A stretch of DNA of 64,000 nt from Phyllobates terribilis. Lineage: Eukaryota. Of this stretch, positions 10,701-23,774 are shown in pieces. The notes under the pieces were generated by a model that saw nothing but the letters and a program-made list of their open reading frames with translations, had not been told where the DNA came from and searched no databases. The position numbers and the translations under genes are program-made. The stretch spans positions 1,984,001 to 2,048,000 of the forward strand of contig NW_027362879.1 in NCBI RefSeq assembly GCF_046119375.1, written 5' to 3'. Numbering within the stretch: the stretch's first letter is position 1; each line of letters begins with the position of its first letter.

Positions 10701-13700
10701 ATCCCCTCACGGGAGGTAGATATCCGCCATGTGTGGAGCCGCTAGCGGACGTCCTCCCCCCCCCCCGCTGTGCGAGGCAGGAGAACCGGGCGCTTTCACC
10801 TCAGCAAGAACAACTGCTGCAGGAGCAGCCCTCTGGGGAGCCCTCACAACTGGTGGTGCAACGTCATTCCCGGTCTGGGTCTAGTCGTTCAGCTAGGAAG
10901 TTCACCACTAAGAGCAGAAAAAATGGTCCGGTTCAGCGTGATTCCCCGCCGGTTATGATGGATTCTTCTGCGGTACCAGATATTCTGTGGGGTAAGTGGA
11001 ATCTTCGTGGAAGTTCTACTAATAGTTTCCTCCTCCTTTTTTCTTTCTATAAACTCCTCTTTCAGAGCAAGAAATGTTCAGCTAAATCGAAACATAAAGA
11101 ATGTGCCTTATGCAGCAATCTGCTCCCAGATGCATATAATAAGAAATTGTGCCAGCTGTGTATTAACAAAGTAATGGCGGAGGAAACCCCGGGGTTTTCC
11201 CTGGGCCTAAAAACTTTAATTAGAGAGGAAATAGGCAAGGCTTTGCAAGGCTCAGAATCTACTCATATTTCTCAGGAACCTCAGCCGGGTTCAGACTCTG
11301 ACATATCTGACATTTCCTCCTCTGCTCTCTCTTCTTCTGATAGTGAATCGGATAGACAGTGTTTTCCTCTGCAGGAAGTTGATGCCTTGGTAAAAGCTGT
11401 CCAGCCTACCATGGGCATTGTAGACATGAGGGCAGAAAAATTTGTGGAGGACGTAATGTTTGGTGGATTAGGTCAGAAAAAGAGAAAACGTTTTCCCGTG
11501 AATACAAGAGTTAAAGACCTCATTGATAGAGCGTGGAAAAAACCCGACAGGAAGGGCAGTGTTCCTCCATATTTCAAGAGGAGGTACCCATTTGAGGATG
11601 CCATATGTTCCTCTTGGTCAAAAGCACCAAAGCTGGACGTTGCTGTCGCTAAAGCGGCAAAAAAGACTTCCCTCCCGTTTGATGACATGGGAGCATTAAA
11701 AGACCCCCTGGACAGACGAGCTGATACCTTCTTAAAAGGTGCATGGGAGACAGCTGCAGGAGCACTGAGACCAGCAGTAGCAGCCACCTGCACATTTAGA
11801 GCCCTGATGGTTTGACTGTTTAACTGTTCCAGTCAGCTAAGGGATGGTGTCTCTAGGAAGGAGATTATTTCTTCCCTTCCACTGGTTTAGGGTGCAGCGG
11901 CCTTTCTTGCTGATGCGTCTGCGGACTTAGTCAGATTGGCAGCAAAGTCATCAGCTCTGTCAAATGCGGCTCGACGAGCGTTATGGATTAAATGCTGGCC
12001 TGGGGATGTACAGACAAAGTCCAGGCTGTGTACAATCCCTTGTGAAGGGGAATATCTCTTTGGCCAGACTATGGACGAATTATTGGAGAAGGCCGGAGAT
12101 CCTAAGAAGGGTTTTCCATCGGTACCTCTACCCTCCTTTAAGAGATCGTTTCGGAAAAGAAAATTCATCCGAAGAAGATTCTTCAGGGAACCGGACAAGT
12201 CCGAAGAAAGAGGTCGAAAAGGTAGAGGCCTTCTCTTTGGTTCATCTCCAAAAAATGAGCAGAAGCCAGGGAATGCACAATCAGCCCAGGTGGGAGGGAG
12301 ATTGTCATTATTTTTCCCAGCTTGGGAACAGATTTCTCATAGTAATTGGATTTTGAGCCTGATTAAGTATGGTCTAAAATTTCAATTTCAAGCTTTTCCT
12401 CACAAGAGATTCATGATTGTTCCCTCTAGTTCCTCCCCAGAACGCCAGACTGCCCTCGTATCGGAAATTCAAGTCTTAATAAGGAAAAACGTCCTGATTG
12501 AGGTTCCAGATTCAGAAAAGGGTCTCGGATTCTACTCCTCGCTCTTCTTGGTCCCAAAAACGCATGGGAGTTTCAGGACAATTATAAATCTAAAATCTTT
12601 AAATAGCTTCCTTAAAGTAGACACTTTCAAATGGAATCCTTGAAAACAGTAATAAAGTTGCTTTTTCCCCACTGTTATATGGTAGTTCTCGATCTCAAGG
12701 ATGCGTATTACCATATTCCCATTCATAGTTACTATCAGAAATACCTGAGGCTGGCCATTGAAATTGAGGGGGTGGTTAAACACTTTCAGTACACTGCACT
12801 TCCCTTTGGGTTAGCAATAGCCCCGCGAATTTTCACCAAATTAATGGCAGAGGTTATGGCCCATATAAGAGAAAGAGACATTCTAATAATCCCTTACCTA
12901 GATGATCTCCTGATAGTGGGAAACTCTTTTCTCTTTTGTTCAATGCGAGGCCCACCTTCGGGTGACCATGTCTGTCTTGGAGGGCTTGGGGTGGTTTCTA
13001 AATTTGGAAAAATCTAGATTAACTCCACTCAAAGCTCCGCAGTATGTGGGGGCCATTTTAGATTCTAAAAGAACAGTTATGTTATTTATCTGAAGAAAAA
13101 ATTACAAGAATCCAGGGTTTGGTAAGACAGTGTATGGATAAACCCTCTATGTCACTCCGTAAAGCCATGTCGCTATTAGGGACCTTAACCTCGAGTTTTT
13201 CCGCAGTTCGTTGGTCACAATTTCATTCAAGGGCTCTTCAGTGGGATGTATTGTATAACAACTCAGTCCTAGAGGGACATTTAGACCGTGAGTTTACCCT
13301 GTGTCCTCGGGCCATACATTCCCTTCATTGGTGGTTACGACACGATAATCTTTCTAGGGGGGTCCCCTGGGAGTGTAAGCCGATGGCAGTCTTAACTACG
13401 GATGCGAGTGCTGCAGGTTGGGGAGCTCACTTCAAAGGAAACTTAGTTCAGGGGACCTGGTCAAGGAGTGAGATACAGTTGTCATCAAATGTTAAGGAGC
13501 TTTTGGCGGTGGATTATGCATTCAACAAGTTCCTTATATATTTACAGGGCCAGCATGTCCATATACTCTCGGACAATCAAGTCTCGGTAGCTTATATAAA
13601 TCACCAAGGGGGAACCCGCTCAAGAGACTTAATGAGGGTAGCGGACAGACTTCTTCAGAAGGCAGAAGATCATTGTCTCTCCCTTTCGGTTATTCATCTA

Positions 13701-16700
13701 AAAGGGAAAGAAAACGTCACAGCTGATTTCCTAAGCCGTACTTCCATAAAAGAGGGAGAATGGTCGTTGAATCCTCAAATCTTCTCCAGAATTGTGGCAA
13801 TGTGGGGTCTTCCGACAGTGGACTTCTTTGCGACAAAATACAACCGACCTGGAGGAAGTTTTTATCATTTACGGAATTTAAACCAGAGGAGGGGCCCCCT
13901 ATTGGGAAAATACTGGAGTTTCTGCAGCGGGGCTTAGAATTGGGGCTTACCACTAGTACCTTAAAAGTACAGGTGTCGGCTTTGGGAGCTTCGTTTTCTT
14001 CCGATATTGCAGCTAATTATTGGATAGCACGATTTATGAAAGCTTCCTTTAGGTGTAGACCCATTATCAAAGCAAAATCCTCTCCCTGGGATTTGAATTT
14101 GGTCCTAGATGCCTTAACTAATCCTCCCTTCGAGCCCCTAGATTTAGCCTCCCCAAAAATTATTTTCCTTAAAACAGCCCTGTTAGTGGCCCTGACTTCC
14201 GCCAGAAGAGTGAGTGACATACAGGCTCTTTCCATATGTCCGCCATTTACTCAGGATGATAGGATTGTATTAAAACCTGACCCAGCCTTTCTTCCAAAAG
14301 TAGTCACTCGGTTCCATAGAACTCAGGAGGTAGTTCTCCCAACCTTTTGCTTTCCCCCAAAAAATCAAAAAGAGGAGAGGCTACACACTTTCGACGTGAG
14401 GAGGTGCGTACTCAAATACCTACAGATTTCACGCAGTTTTAGGAAGGATAATTCCCTATTTATATGCCATCAGGGGGCTAGAAAGGGTTGTAAGGCCTCA
14501 AAGTCTACGATTGCAAGATGGATTAGAGAGGCCATATCCCTCGCCTACTCCTCATGGAATAAGGAGGTTCCGGAGGGGTTGAGAGCTCATTCCACTAGAG
14601 CGATAGCAACCTCCTGGGCGGAGAAAACAGGGCTTTCCATCAAAGAGATATGTAAGGCTGCCACTTGGTCTTCTCCTTCTACCTTTTATAAGCATTATAG
14701 ATTGGACCTGGGTGTCTCTGCCGATCTCACCTTTGGGAGAAGGGTGCTTCAAGCACTGGTCCCTCCCTAATTTCCTTTCGTCTCTGTAATTCTCTCGTGG
14801 TGCTGTCATGGGAGAACGAATAAAGCCTTAGTTACTTACCGGTAACGGGATTTTTCGGAGCCCATGACAGCACCCGTATATTCCCTCCCTTCACTGGTGT
14901 TTTGCACTCCCGTAGAGTTGGCTTTCCTTTGTTTTGTGCACCTTTGGGAGAAGTTGGTGAAAGTAATGTACTTAATGTAATGATGTGTTTATTGTAACTA
15001 ACCTTGGCGGTCCTCTCATGCTCTGTTAACTAAACTGAGGCGAGAGAGAGGTGCTGCCCTTTTTAACCTGTAGGTTTCCTGTCCTTGATGAGCGGATCCT
15101 CTCTCTCGTGGTGCTGTCATGGGCTCCGAAAAATCCCGTTACCGGTAAGTAACTAAGGCTTTTCCATTGACAGATGATGGATCTGAGTGGGGACTTGTTT
15201 TTTGTCAAATAAGTAGAAGTTTTTATTGGTATTATTTTCGCCTACATAACATTGTTTGGTGGCTTTTTATTCCATATTTTGGAGGCAGAATGAACAAACA
15301 GTTGAACACTACGCTCTACTGGTCCATCCTATGAGGTTTTCTATTAGACAGTCATTGTCCTGGTGAATAAGTGAATTTTTTTATATAACTTGCCTTTTTT
15401 ACGGACAGTTTATGTAGAAATGTTCAAAAATATAAAATTCAAGGATTTTTTATTAAAAATAATAATTGGTTTTATTCTTGGCAGATGACTGTACCAGGAG
15501 ATCAGAGGGACAGCTGACATCTTCAATTTTCAAATCAGATAATTTTCAGATTCAACAGGATACAATTCAAATGAATGACATTTCTCCAGATTTACAATCA
15601 TCCCTTCACAGCCAAGATCTGTCATCTGATCCTTTGAAACAGGTCCTGTCTTCTGATCCATTACCAACTACTAAGGAAAATCAAAGTCACAAAATAAGCA
15701 TTAAAAAACAAACTGCTCCTAATGCAAAGAAGCCATTTTCACATTCAGAATATAGAAATAGTTTTCCTCTCAAAAAGTCTTTTCTTAAACCTCAAAAAAT
15801 TCACACAGCGAAGAATAGATTTTCTTGCTCCAAGTGTGGGAGATGTTTTAATCAGAAAACAAGTCTTGTTAGGCACCAGAGAACTCACACAGGAGAGAAG
15901 CCATTTTCCTGTTCAGAATGTGGTAAATGTTTTATAGAGAAATCAAATCTTATCGCACATGAGAGAACTCACACAGGAGAGAAGCCATTTTCCTGTTCAG
16001 AATGTGGTAAATGTTTTACAGAGAAATCAAATCTTATCGCACATCAGAGAACTCACACAGGGGAGAAGCCATTTTCCTGTTCAGAATGTGGAAAATGTTT
16101 TAACCAGAAATCATATCTTAATATACATCAGAGAACTCACACAGGGGAGAAGCCTTTCCCATGTTCAGAATGTGGAAAATGTTTTAACCAGAAATCATAT
16201 CTTAATATACATCAGAGAACTCACACGGGGGAGAAGCCTTTTCCATGTTCAGAATGTGGAAAATGTTTTAACCAGAAATCTAGTTTTCTTAAGCACCAAA
16301 GAACCCACACAATGGAGAAGACTTTTTCATGTTCAGATTGTGGGAAATGTTTTGTACAGAAATCATATCTTAATATACATCTGAGAACTCACACAGGGGA
16401 GAAGCCATTTTCCTGTTCAGAATGTGGGAAATATTTTACAGAGAAATCAACTCTTATCAACCATCAGAGGACTCACACAGGAGAGAAGCCATTTTCCTGT
16501 TCAGAATGTGAGAAATGTTTTTCAGAGAAATCAAATCTTATTGTACATCAGAGAACTCACACAGAGGAGAAGCCATTTTCATGTTCAGAATGTGGGAAAT
16601 CTTTTGCAAAGAAATCAAATCTTATCAAACATCAGAGAACTCACACAGGAGAGAAGCCTTTTCCATGTTCAGAATGTGGAAAATGTTTTAACCATAAATG

Positions 16701-17265
16701 TAGTTTTCTTAAGCACCAGAGAACCCACACAGAGGAGAAGCCATTTTCATGTTCAGATTGTGGAAAATGTTTTGGACACAAATCATATCTTAATAAACAT
16801 CAGAGAACTCACACAGGGGAGAAGCCATTTTCCTGTTCAGAATGTGGGAAATATTTTACAGAGAAATCAACTCTTATCAACCATCAGAGAACTCACACAG
16901 GAGAAAAGCCATTTTCCTGTTCAGAATGTGGGAAATGTTTTACAGAGAAATCAACTCTTACCAAACATCACAAAACTCACACCGGGGAGAAGCCTTTTTC
17001 ATGTTCAGAATGTGAGAAATGTTTTACAGAGAAATCAAGTCTTATCAAACATCAGAGAACTCACACAGGGGAGAAGCCTTTTTCATGTTCAGAATGTGGG
17101 AAATGTTTTAACCAGAAATCGGATATTGATAAGCACCAGAGAACTCACACAGGGGAGAAGCCTTTTTCATGTTCAAAATGTGGGAAATGTTTTAACCAGA
17201 AAGCGCATCTTGATAGCCACCAGAGATCCCACACAGGGGAGAATGCCGCAACTACACCCAACTAG
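7703..17265 (+). CDS. C2H2 zinc-finger protein, XlCOF/XlCGF-like, FAX/KRAB-A-like N-terminus, 17 fingers, 783 aa (gene A, intact)
   Basis: join(7703..7780,7909..8088,8172..8295,8379..8476,8685..8775,15485..17265) = 2352 nt; all GT-AG, phases consistent, no internal stop. Confidence 0.9.
7909..8088 (+). CDS. Gene A coding exon 2 (180 nt): [28 protein letters not shown]
   Basis: ataaccag| and GAG|gtgaca; phase 0-0. Confidence 0.85.
8172..8295 (+). CDS. Gene A KRAB-A-like exon: [33 protein letters not shown]
   Basis: DVAV.F..EEW..L....LY.DVM.E pattern; tgtcag| and CAG|gtatta. Confidence 0.9.
8379..8476 (+). CDS. Gene A coding exon 4 (98 nt)
   Basis: ttccttcag| and CAG|gtagat; open in the spliced frame. 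Confidence 0.85.
8685..8775 (+). CDS. Gene A coding exon 5 (91 nt): [30 protein letters not shown]
   Basis: ttgtttcag| and CAG|gtgagt. Confidence 0.85.
9075..10431. mobile_element. Degenerate non-autonomous DNA transposon (probably TTAA/piggyBac-like), intron of gene A
   Basis: Paralog of 43543-44935, which starts TTAA-CCCCTTCC; shares a gtgactccattttggaaa-type motif with the 60.1-61.9 kb element. Confidence 0.45.
9471..9916. mobile_element. Possible solo LTR nested in the DNA transposon
   Basis: TGTTAC..GTGACA termini; paralog 43984-44428; no TSD found. Confidence 0.3.
10733..12260 (+). pseudogene. gag: DIRS ORF1 (gag-like), interrupted by stops
   Basis: ORFs 10733..11815 and 11936 onward: [45 protein letters not shown]. 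Confidence 0.75.
12280..13860 (+). pseudogene. pol: DIRS reverse transcriptase / RNase H, frameshifted
   Basis: [80 protein letters not shown]. Confidence 0.92.
13760..14770 (+). pseudogene. DIRS tyrosine recombinase, N-terminally deleted
   Basis: [12 protein letters not shown] (R), RAHSTRA (HxxR), ATWSS (W), FYKHYRLD (Y). Confidence 0.9.
14791..14873. repeat. DIRS internal complementary repeat (ICR)
   Basis: tctctcgtggtgctgtcatgggagaacgaata|aagccttagttacttaccggtaacgggatttttcggagcccatgacagcacc is the reverse complement of the left terminus joined to the right terminus. Confidence 0.95.
15485..17265 (+). CDS. Gene A terminal exon: spacer + 17 C2H2 fingers
   Basis: Acceptor ttcttggcag at 15484; ORF 15466..17265 with 17 CxxC-x12-HxxxH units and TGEKP linkers. 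Confidence 0.97.
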
Positions 17266-17596
17266 TCTCTGTAGAAACTAGAAAAAAAAAACATAGCAGC
17301 ACAGCTAAAAATGCCACCACACACCTAACTAACTAATAAGCTGTTGAGGAGTTTCTCATACCTCCTGAGGAACTAGAGAGGAGGCTGCAACACACTCTCA
17401 ATGAGGGAAAAGGAAAGTATGAAGTAAAATACGAAATCTCTGAATGAGAAACAAAAACACATTCATATAGGGCAAAGAAGGCAAGCTAAGGAGAACCAAA
17501 AATAAAAGGAACAAGTATAATCTCCCAGAAACCTAACATTGTTAGACTTAAAAGGTATTGGGAGGGAAAGCAAACTGACCGGGAGGATAGTTTCAC

Positions 17597-18090
17597 CTTT
17601 GTGGTGAAGCTTACAAAATTTGTCCTCACCAACTGTATATGTAAAACCCGTCCATTTATAATGACCACGGACAAGATAAAGATTCCCAACTCACATCATG
17701 ACCACAAGATCCCAGCTACTTTCAGCTGCATCACAACTAATGTAATGTACTTAATTATATGTAGCAAATGTCCAACTGGGGGTCTGTATGTAGGAAAGAC
17801 AGGGCAAAAAATTAAAACAAGGATGAATTCTCATCGCCACCCAAAAAAAGAAAAAAAGAATAGATCTACTTGTGTCCACACATATTTACGGCCACAACTG
17901 CTTATCCCTTTCCGAAACTGATAGTTCTGCTTCACGTCACTTGTCTTATTTATTGCATTATTGCTGTGCCCTCTTGTGTATAAATATGTGACTCTTCAGA
18001 TTTTGTGTTATACTATGTCTGCTGAAGAGATCTGAGTAGTCTCGAAAGCTTACTGACTAATGGCTAACTGAAAAGATTGTATCAACCACT
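17597..18090 (+). mobile_element. Penelope 3' fragment (GIY-YIG start + tail)
   Basis: CICKTRPFI..KIPATFSCITTNVMYLIICSKCPTGGLYVGKTGQKIKTRMNSHRH. Confidence 0.85.
18019..18051 (+). ncRNA. Hammerhead-ribozyme-like motif with mutated core (CTGCTGA)
   Basis: CTGCTGA-a-gagat-ctgagta-gtctc-GAAA-gctt; paralog of the intact core at 47272. Confidence 0.45.
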
Positions 18091-18114
18091 GAGGACTCTC
18101 AAATTTTAATGTTT

Positions 18115-18971
<857 letters not shown>

Positions 18972-19679
18972 TGTTTTTGTTGCTTTTTTAATTTGTTGCA
19001 GCATATCATCCTCTACGTGTTCAGCTATATTAGGAGGCTTCTAGCAAAGTCCAATTAGCAGCTTTCCATTATTGCCATTCCATGTACATTACCCATACTG
19101 ATTTTACATCAGGGATGTAAAGGTCAAAACATGCAGAGGGCCAAAATGAAAAACTTGGATAAAGTTGTGGACCAACCAGTATACAGTATAATGGGCCCCA
19201 CATAGTCCTCCATACAGAATAATGGGCCCCACAAAGTCCTACATTCACAATAATAGCCCCACATAGGTGTGGTGGTTCTGGTGTCGTGGGCAAATATAAT
19301 CACCAAGAGTTGGGCATGTGTGCTGTACATTGTCGAAGCTGCCCCCCATGTCGTCATTGAGCTTGAGGTCTTAAGTTGGTTTTAACGAAAATACACACCC
19401 GTCTACCTATTTTTCTTTCCTATCCGTTTGAATGTAGTGTAACCCTCTATGTTTGACTCCAAGTCATGGCTTTCATCCAACCAGGTTTCTGTAATCTGTG
19501 GCTGACCTAAGAGTCTCTGATTCATTCATTTTGTTTTCAAGACTTCTTTCATTTGCCTGCAGACATTTAATACTATTAGCACATTTATTACTGTTACTCT
19601 CCTCCTTACTTTCCTTGAATGTCTCACTCTCTGTCTATTCTACCTCCTTATTTGCACGGCTAACCTCTCTCCCCCAGAT

Positions 19680-20110
19680 TCTAGTTTGAAAGCTCCTCCA
19701 TCCATCTGACCATTTTTTTCCCCAGCACATCTGCATTCTCCCCATTGAGGTGCAGCCTGTAGTCGACAGAAGTCATCCCAGTTCTCCATGAACCCAAACC
19801 CTTTCTTCCTGACAATTATCTCCTTAAGTTCCTGCTGACTTTCTAGTGACGTAGTGGAATCAGCAGTATTTCTGAAGACACCACCTGTACTTCAGCTTCT
19901 CTCCTAATTCCCTGTAATCATTTTTAAAGACCTTTCACCTCCCTCTAACTTTGTCATTGGTACCAACGTGTACCATGACTACTGGGTTTTCCCCAGTCCC
20001 ACCCAATAATCTGTCTATCTGATCTTATGAAGATCCCCCTGTTAGGTGCACACATAATGCGTGTGTTCTCGTCTGAGTTGTCTGCCGCCAAATTGTATAT
20101 AGGATCTATA
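19680..20110 (-). mobile_element. CR1 LINE ORF1 (SGNH esterase) fragment, copy A
   Basis: Minus strand IDRLLGGTGENPVVMVHVGTNDKV..GFMENWDDF..RLHLNGENADVLG. Confidence 0.7.
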
Positions 20111-20738
20111 CGGTCGGAGAAATCACAAATGAACACTGAGTAGTGTCTCAAATAGGCTTTTTATAGGAAAAATCAGGTCCCTTTCCACACATTACCTCAT
20201 TGCCTTATCTCATAATTATGGCTGACATCTGTCGCTAATGGGTCATTATTTTAATGTGTAAACAATTAAGTCAAGCTGACTCTCAATTAAATCAGTTAAG
20301 TCCGTCTTGCATGTAAGGTTCAAAGGTCAATCAGTATAGTCACTTATCTTTTATTATTCTGTAATTTCCCTAAAAGTAATAGAGATCATTAGCAAGCTCT
20401 TATTATCAGATTAATATGTTAGTCAATAATTATTAGGGATTTTCCATAATTTCATGTTCCACGTAGTATGTGGATCTTTGATCAATATGAGGTTATTGGT
20501 ACAATGTGGTACGGGCAGGAGGAGGGAATTTTGGATTGTCTGCAATTCTTAATACATACTATTTTCATATAACTTCCATAATCATACATTTATTTATCCA
20601 TAACACCCCAAATTAACTTAGGAATTATCTTAAGGACCATAATCTTTCCACTTGAAGAGATAATGCAGACGGTACCTGACCCACCTGGAACCAAGAATTC
20701 GCCTTACCTCATCCTCCCGATACCCTTCCAAATCCACC

Positions 20739-21035
20739 TCAATTATGTCTTGAGGTCCCCTCAAATTTTTTTAAAAGAGAAGAATGGAAATGATTATTGA
20801 TTTTCCAGGCAATAGGAAGTTGCAACTTAACTGTCACAGGATTTAAAATTTTAATAATTTTATAAGGACCTACAAATTTAGGTGCAAACTTTCTAGATAT
20901 TATCTTTAAGCGCAGATTTTTTGAGGACAACCACACAAAATCCCCCACCCTAAAGACAGGAGCCTTCCTATGTCTGCGGTTAGCAACTCTTTTGGTCCAG
21001 TTACTATCTACCAAAAGATACATTTCGACCTCCCT
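20739..21035 (-). mobile_element. Gypsy integrase C-terminal (GPY/F) fragment, copy A
   Basis: VFRVGDFVWLSSKNLRLK..KFAPKFVGPYKI..NPVTVKLQLP..NNHFHSSLLK. Confidence 0.85.
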
Positions 21036-21042
21036 CCAGATC

Positions 21043-22215
21043 TTAAAGAGGTTGTCCACTACTATTAACAATGCCCCCATGGATTTAAATTGTGCCAACA
21101 AGTCTTTTTGTAAATACCTTGCTTGTTCTTTATTGCCTGTGAGCGGCGCTATTGCTGGCCGCTCACCAGGTATCATGTGACCCCGGCTGCAGCCGGCTCC
21201 GACATCCACTGATGTCACGTCAAGTTCCGGCTGCAGTCAGGCGTGAGCAAGTGACGCACTCCCCCTTGAGTGATGGGCTGTGGTCGTGGTTTCATTGCAC
21301 ATCACAGCTCAGCATCCACCTCGCGCTTTCCCTCTCTGCTTTAGTTAGGAAAGAGCAATAAAAAATTGAATTGCACTCGGACCAATGTTAATGAATGAAT
21401 GACCGCTCATCTGCAATTTTTTTTAATCAGCTGAAATCGGGCTGAGAAAAAATTCACAGCATGCTGCGATTTGCCACATATCTCGGACGAGACTCGCCAA
21501 TGCAAGTCAATGGGTGTGTGAAAAAAATCGCACAGCACTCAGACCATGCGAGTGCTGTCCGATTCTCACTCACCCGTCTCTTTAAAAGCCGGCAATTCAT
21601 CAGCCGCATACAGTTAACAATACATCGGTGCCCAACAATTTAGAATAGAAAGAATAGCTATACACATAGAATAGATAGAAAGGTGTCAGTCATGTATATA
21701 ATTAGTACAGTGACTGTTGGTTACTGTACTTGTCATTTATTGTTAAATTAAAGGATTTATTAAAAAAAAATTGGTGTGGGGCCCCCCGTAATTTTATAGT
21801 CTAGCAGAGGTTAAGCAGACAGCTGGAGCAGATTTTTGAAACCTGGGAAGGGCTTTTTGTGGGGTCTTGAAGCCTTTGTGTGGGGTCCCCCTATTTTACC
21901 AGCTAGCACAGGCTATGCAGACAGTTGGGGACTGATATTAATAGCCTAGGAAGGGATCATGAATATTGGCCCCCTCCGAGGCTAAAAACAGCAGCCCTCA
22001 GCCATCCCAGAAGTGGCGCATCCATAGGATGCACCAATTCTGCCACTTAGCCTCCGCTCTGCCCACTGCCCTGTAGCGGTGGCAGTGGGGTTATAGGGCT
22101 GGGGTTGATGTCAGCTTATAAGGCCAGCTGACATCAAGCCCAGCTTAGTAATGGAGAGGCGTCTATAAGACGCCCCCATTACTAACACCATAGTGAAAGT
22201 GATATGTGAAATAAC
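21043..22215. mobile_element. Degenerate non-autonomous DNA-transposon patchwork (TTAAAGAGG start, T2/Kolobok-like)
   Basis: Starts TTAAAGAGGTTGTCCACTAC; paralog about 51552-52790; no matching right end seen. Confidence 0.35.
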
Positions 22216-22217
22216 TA

Positions 22218-23774
22218 CACTGCTCAAAAAAATAAAGGGAACACTCCAATAACACATCCTAGATCTAAATGAATGAAATAGTATCATTGAATACTTTGTT
22301 CTGTACAAAGTTGAATGTGCTGACAACAAAATCACACAAAAATCATCAATGGAAATCAAATTTATTAACCAATGGAGGCCTGGATTTGGAGTCACCCCCA
22401 AATTTAAAGTGGAAAAACACACTACAGGCTGATCCAGCTTTGATGTAATGTCCTTAAAACAAGTCAAAATGAGGCTCAGTATTGTGTGTGGCCTCCACGT
22501 GCCTGTATGACCTCCCTACAACGCCTGGGCATGCTCCTGATGAGGTTGTGGATGGTCTCCTGTTGGATCTCCTCCCAGACCTGGACTAAAGCATCCGCCA
22601 ACTCCTGGACAGTCTGTAGTGCAACGTGCACGTTGGTGGATGGAGCGAGACATGATGTCCCAGATGTGCTCAATCGGATTCAGGTCTGGGGAATGGGCGG
22701 GGCAGTCCATAGCTTCAATGCCTTTATCTTGCATGAACTGTTGACACACTTCAGCCACATGAGGTCTGGCATTGTCCTGCATTAGGAGGAACCCAGGGAC
22801 AACTGCACCAGCATATGGTCTCACAAGGGGTCTGAGGATCTCATCTCGGTACCTAATGACAGTCAGGCTACCTCTGGCGAGCACATAGAGGGCTGTGTGG
22901 CCCTCCGAAGAAATGCCACACCACACCATTACTGACCCACTGACAAACCGGTCATGCTGAAGGATGTTGCAGGCAGCAGATCGCTCTCCACGGCGTCTCC
23001 AGACTCTGTCACATGTGCTCAGTGTGAACCTGCTTTCATCTGTGAAGAGCACAGGGCGCGAGTGGCGACTTTGCCAATCCTGGTGTTCTGTGGCAAATGC
23101 CAAGCGTCCTGCACGGTGTTGGGCTGTGAGCACAACCCCCATCTGTGGACATCGGGCCTTATACCACCCTCATGGAGTCGGTTTCTAACCGTTTGTGCTG
23201 ACACAGGCACATTTGTGGCCTGCTGGAGGTCATTTTGCAGGACTCTGGCAGTGCTCCTCCTGTTCCCCCTGGCACAAAGGAGGAGGAAACGGTCCTACTG
23301 CTGGGTTGTTGCACTCCTATAGCTTCCTCCACATCTTCTGGTATCTGCTCCATGCTCTGGACACTGTGCTGACAGACACAGCTACCCTTCTTGCCACAGC
23401 TCGCACTGATGTGCCATCCTGGGTGAACTGCACTACCTGAGCAACTTCTGTGGGTTGTACTGTAGACACCGCCTCATGCTACTGTACCTGTAGGGGTGAG
23501 AGCAATGGCAAAATGAAAAAGTGACCAAAACAACAGCCCAAAAGGATGAGAACAGAGAAATGGTCTGTGGTCACCACCTACAGAACCACCCCTTTATAGG
23601 GGGTATCTTGCTAATTGCCTATCATTTCTACCAGTTGTCTGTTCAATTTGCACAACAGCAGGAGAAATTGATTCAGTGTTGCTTCATAAATGGACAGGTA
23701 GATTTCACAGAAGTGTTATTGACTTGGAGTTAAATTGTGTTGTTTAAGTGTTCCCTTTATTTTTTTGAGCAGTG
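22218..23774 (-). mobile_element. Full-length Tc1 element (1557 bp), defective transposase, unit-A-specific
   Basis: 28-bp TIR cactgctcaaaaaaataaagggaacact at both ends; TA TSD; [25 protein letters not shown]; empty site with a single TA at 52790-52791. Confidence 0.95.

Larger units (their letters stand above)
10432..15162 (+). mobile_element. DIRS1-type tyrosine-recombinase retrotransposon (about 4.73 kb, defective ORFs, intact termini)
   Basis: ITRs about 10442-10535 / 15029-15123; ICR 14791-14873; gag-like, RT (YLDD), RNase H and YR motifs; empty site in unit B at about 44930. Confidence 0.96.

Noticed and set aside
13760-14770. Stand-alone phage-type integrase/recombinase gene
   Set aside because: It lies between DIRS RT/RH and the ICR/ITR, so it is the element's own truncated YR.
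15722-17281. Alternative-frame ORFs ([10 protein letters not shown] repeats), also 45778-46131
   Set aside because: Expected shadow frames of tandem C2H2 codons.
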